Source of the DNA: Armatimonadota bacterium
GTDB taxonomy: Bacteria; Armatimonadota; Hebobacteria; CAIYQO01
Direction of reading: 5' to 3'
Assembly: GCA_038248345.1 (NCBI GenBank)
Contig: JBBRXO010000001.1
Coordinates: 1 to 64,000, forward strand
DNA: 64,000 nt
The position numbers were made by a program, and so were the translations under genes. Below are positions 63,069-64,000 of the stretch, one piece after another (position 1 is the first letter of the stretch; each line of letters opens with the position of its first letter). The notes under the pieces are model-generated. The model saw only the letters and a program-made list of their open reading frames with translations, was not told where the DNA came from and did not search any database.

Positions 63069-64000
63069 ATGTTTGACTCTTTGTTCTCTGCCGTTGGGCG
63101 ATATGTTTCCCACTGGCCAGTGATCTTGCTACTGCTACTAGCACCGGCTGTTTGGAGTGCGGAAGGGGCGGCGGTATTCCAGCCGGAAGACTATATCGTC
63201 GTCTCCGGCGCTACTTCCCCGCGCGTGGCCTATGCTGTGCGCCAGGAGGGGGGGGATTTCCTCCTCGCTCTTGAAGTGCAGCCCCTCGCCGCTGACGGTA
63301 CCGGTACATCGGTAAACGTAGGCGTTGCCGCGGCACAAACACTGTTGCTTACAGATGCCGACGCTACCGTCACCCGCGGGAAGGAGATGGCGCTTTACCT
63401 CTTCACTGTACCCGCGACGAAAATTGTTACTAATGATGCGGACTGGGCGCGACTGCGGCTGGGTATAGCCGTTGCCTGGGGTGGCGGAGCGCTGGGAGCC
63501 GACCGCCAACGCGAGCGCTATTTGCATTTAAACAGCGCTTCCGCACATGCCGGGTTGTCAAAGAACAAACTGGATTGGGCACCGTTAGATTTGACGGAAT
63601 ACGCCACACTGATCGCGGATCGAAAAAGCCGCATCACTATCAATTTTACACAGCCGATGGACGGCAAAGCCAGCATCATCATTGAGGACGCAAAGGGAAA
63701 CCGCATCCGCAACCTCATTTCCGGGCAATCATTCAGCAAGGGCAAGCACAACGTGGTGTGGGATGGGCTGGATGAGCAGGGCAACGTGGTCGCACCCGGT
63801 GCCTTCCTCTGGCGCTCTATTAATCATCCGGGCATTACGCCAGATTATCAATTCGCCTTCTGTAACGACGCTGGCCCCAATCACAGCTGCTTCAACGCCG
63901 CAACAGCAAGTAAAGACCTGGTCTTCTTTGGAGCACCGATCACTGAAGGTGGCTATGCGCTGATGAGCATTGATGCAACGGGGACAGTGCAACAGACCTT
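63069..64000 (+). CDS. Large secreted protein with an FlgD Ig-like domain (3'-truncated by the window, absent from the ORF track)
   Basis: Open frame from ATG 63069 with a signal-like N-terminus and the motif IEDAKGNRIRNL...G...VVWDGLDEQGNVV.PG. Runs off the end of the window. Confidence 0.75.
   Translation, partial: MFDSLFSAVGRYVSHWPVILLLLLAPAVWSAEGAAVFQPEDYIVVSGATSPRVAYAVRQEGGDFLLALEVQPLAADGTGTSVNVGVAAAQTLLLTDADATVTRGKEMALYLFTVPATKIVTNDADWARLRLGIAVAWGGGALGADRQRERYLHLNSASAHAGLSKNKLDWAPLDLTEYATLIADRKSRITINFTQPMDGKASIIIEDAKGNRIRNLISGQSFSKGKHNVVWDGLDEQGNVVAPGAFLWRSINHPGITPDYQFAFCNDAGPNHSCFNAATASKDLVFFGAPITEGGYALMSIDATGTVQQT

Overview
Mostly housekeeping chromosomal DNA from a diderm bacterium with a Terrabacteria-like RNA polymerase. 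Armatimonadota is my best guess, inferred from gene content and RpoB/RpoC insertions, not from a search. Core genes include rpoB-rpoC, purE, proS, ftsH, uppS-cdsA, galE, tsaC, an AddA-like helicase-nuclease, four tRNAs (Pro, Gly, Arg, His), two glycoside hydrolases and an ExbB-ExbD-TonB-like operon. The standout is a complete lasso peptide (RiPP) cluster at ~27.7-34.7 kb on the minus strand: RRE (B1), leader peptidase (B2), cyclase (C), a 61-aa precursor, an HPr-kinase-like kinase, an ABC exporter and a nucleotidyltransferase. The predicted core is 41 aa with an Ala1-Asp9 ring, a very long tail and a non-terminal Ser. Other notable items: large RNA polymerase insertions (a beta-flap zinc ribbon, a nested Cys-knuckle/helical insert in beta', and a ~50-aa trigger-loop insert), a Schlafen/AlbA_2 protein, a Regnase-like NYN nuclease, a nonsense-interrupted four-helix-bundle gene flanked by 8-mer repeats, a small stand-alone transcription unit and REP-like palindromes. 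All calls come from motif recognition only; no database searches were run.
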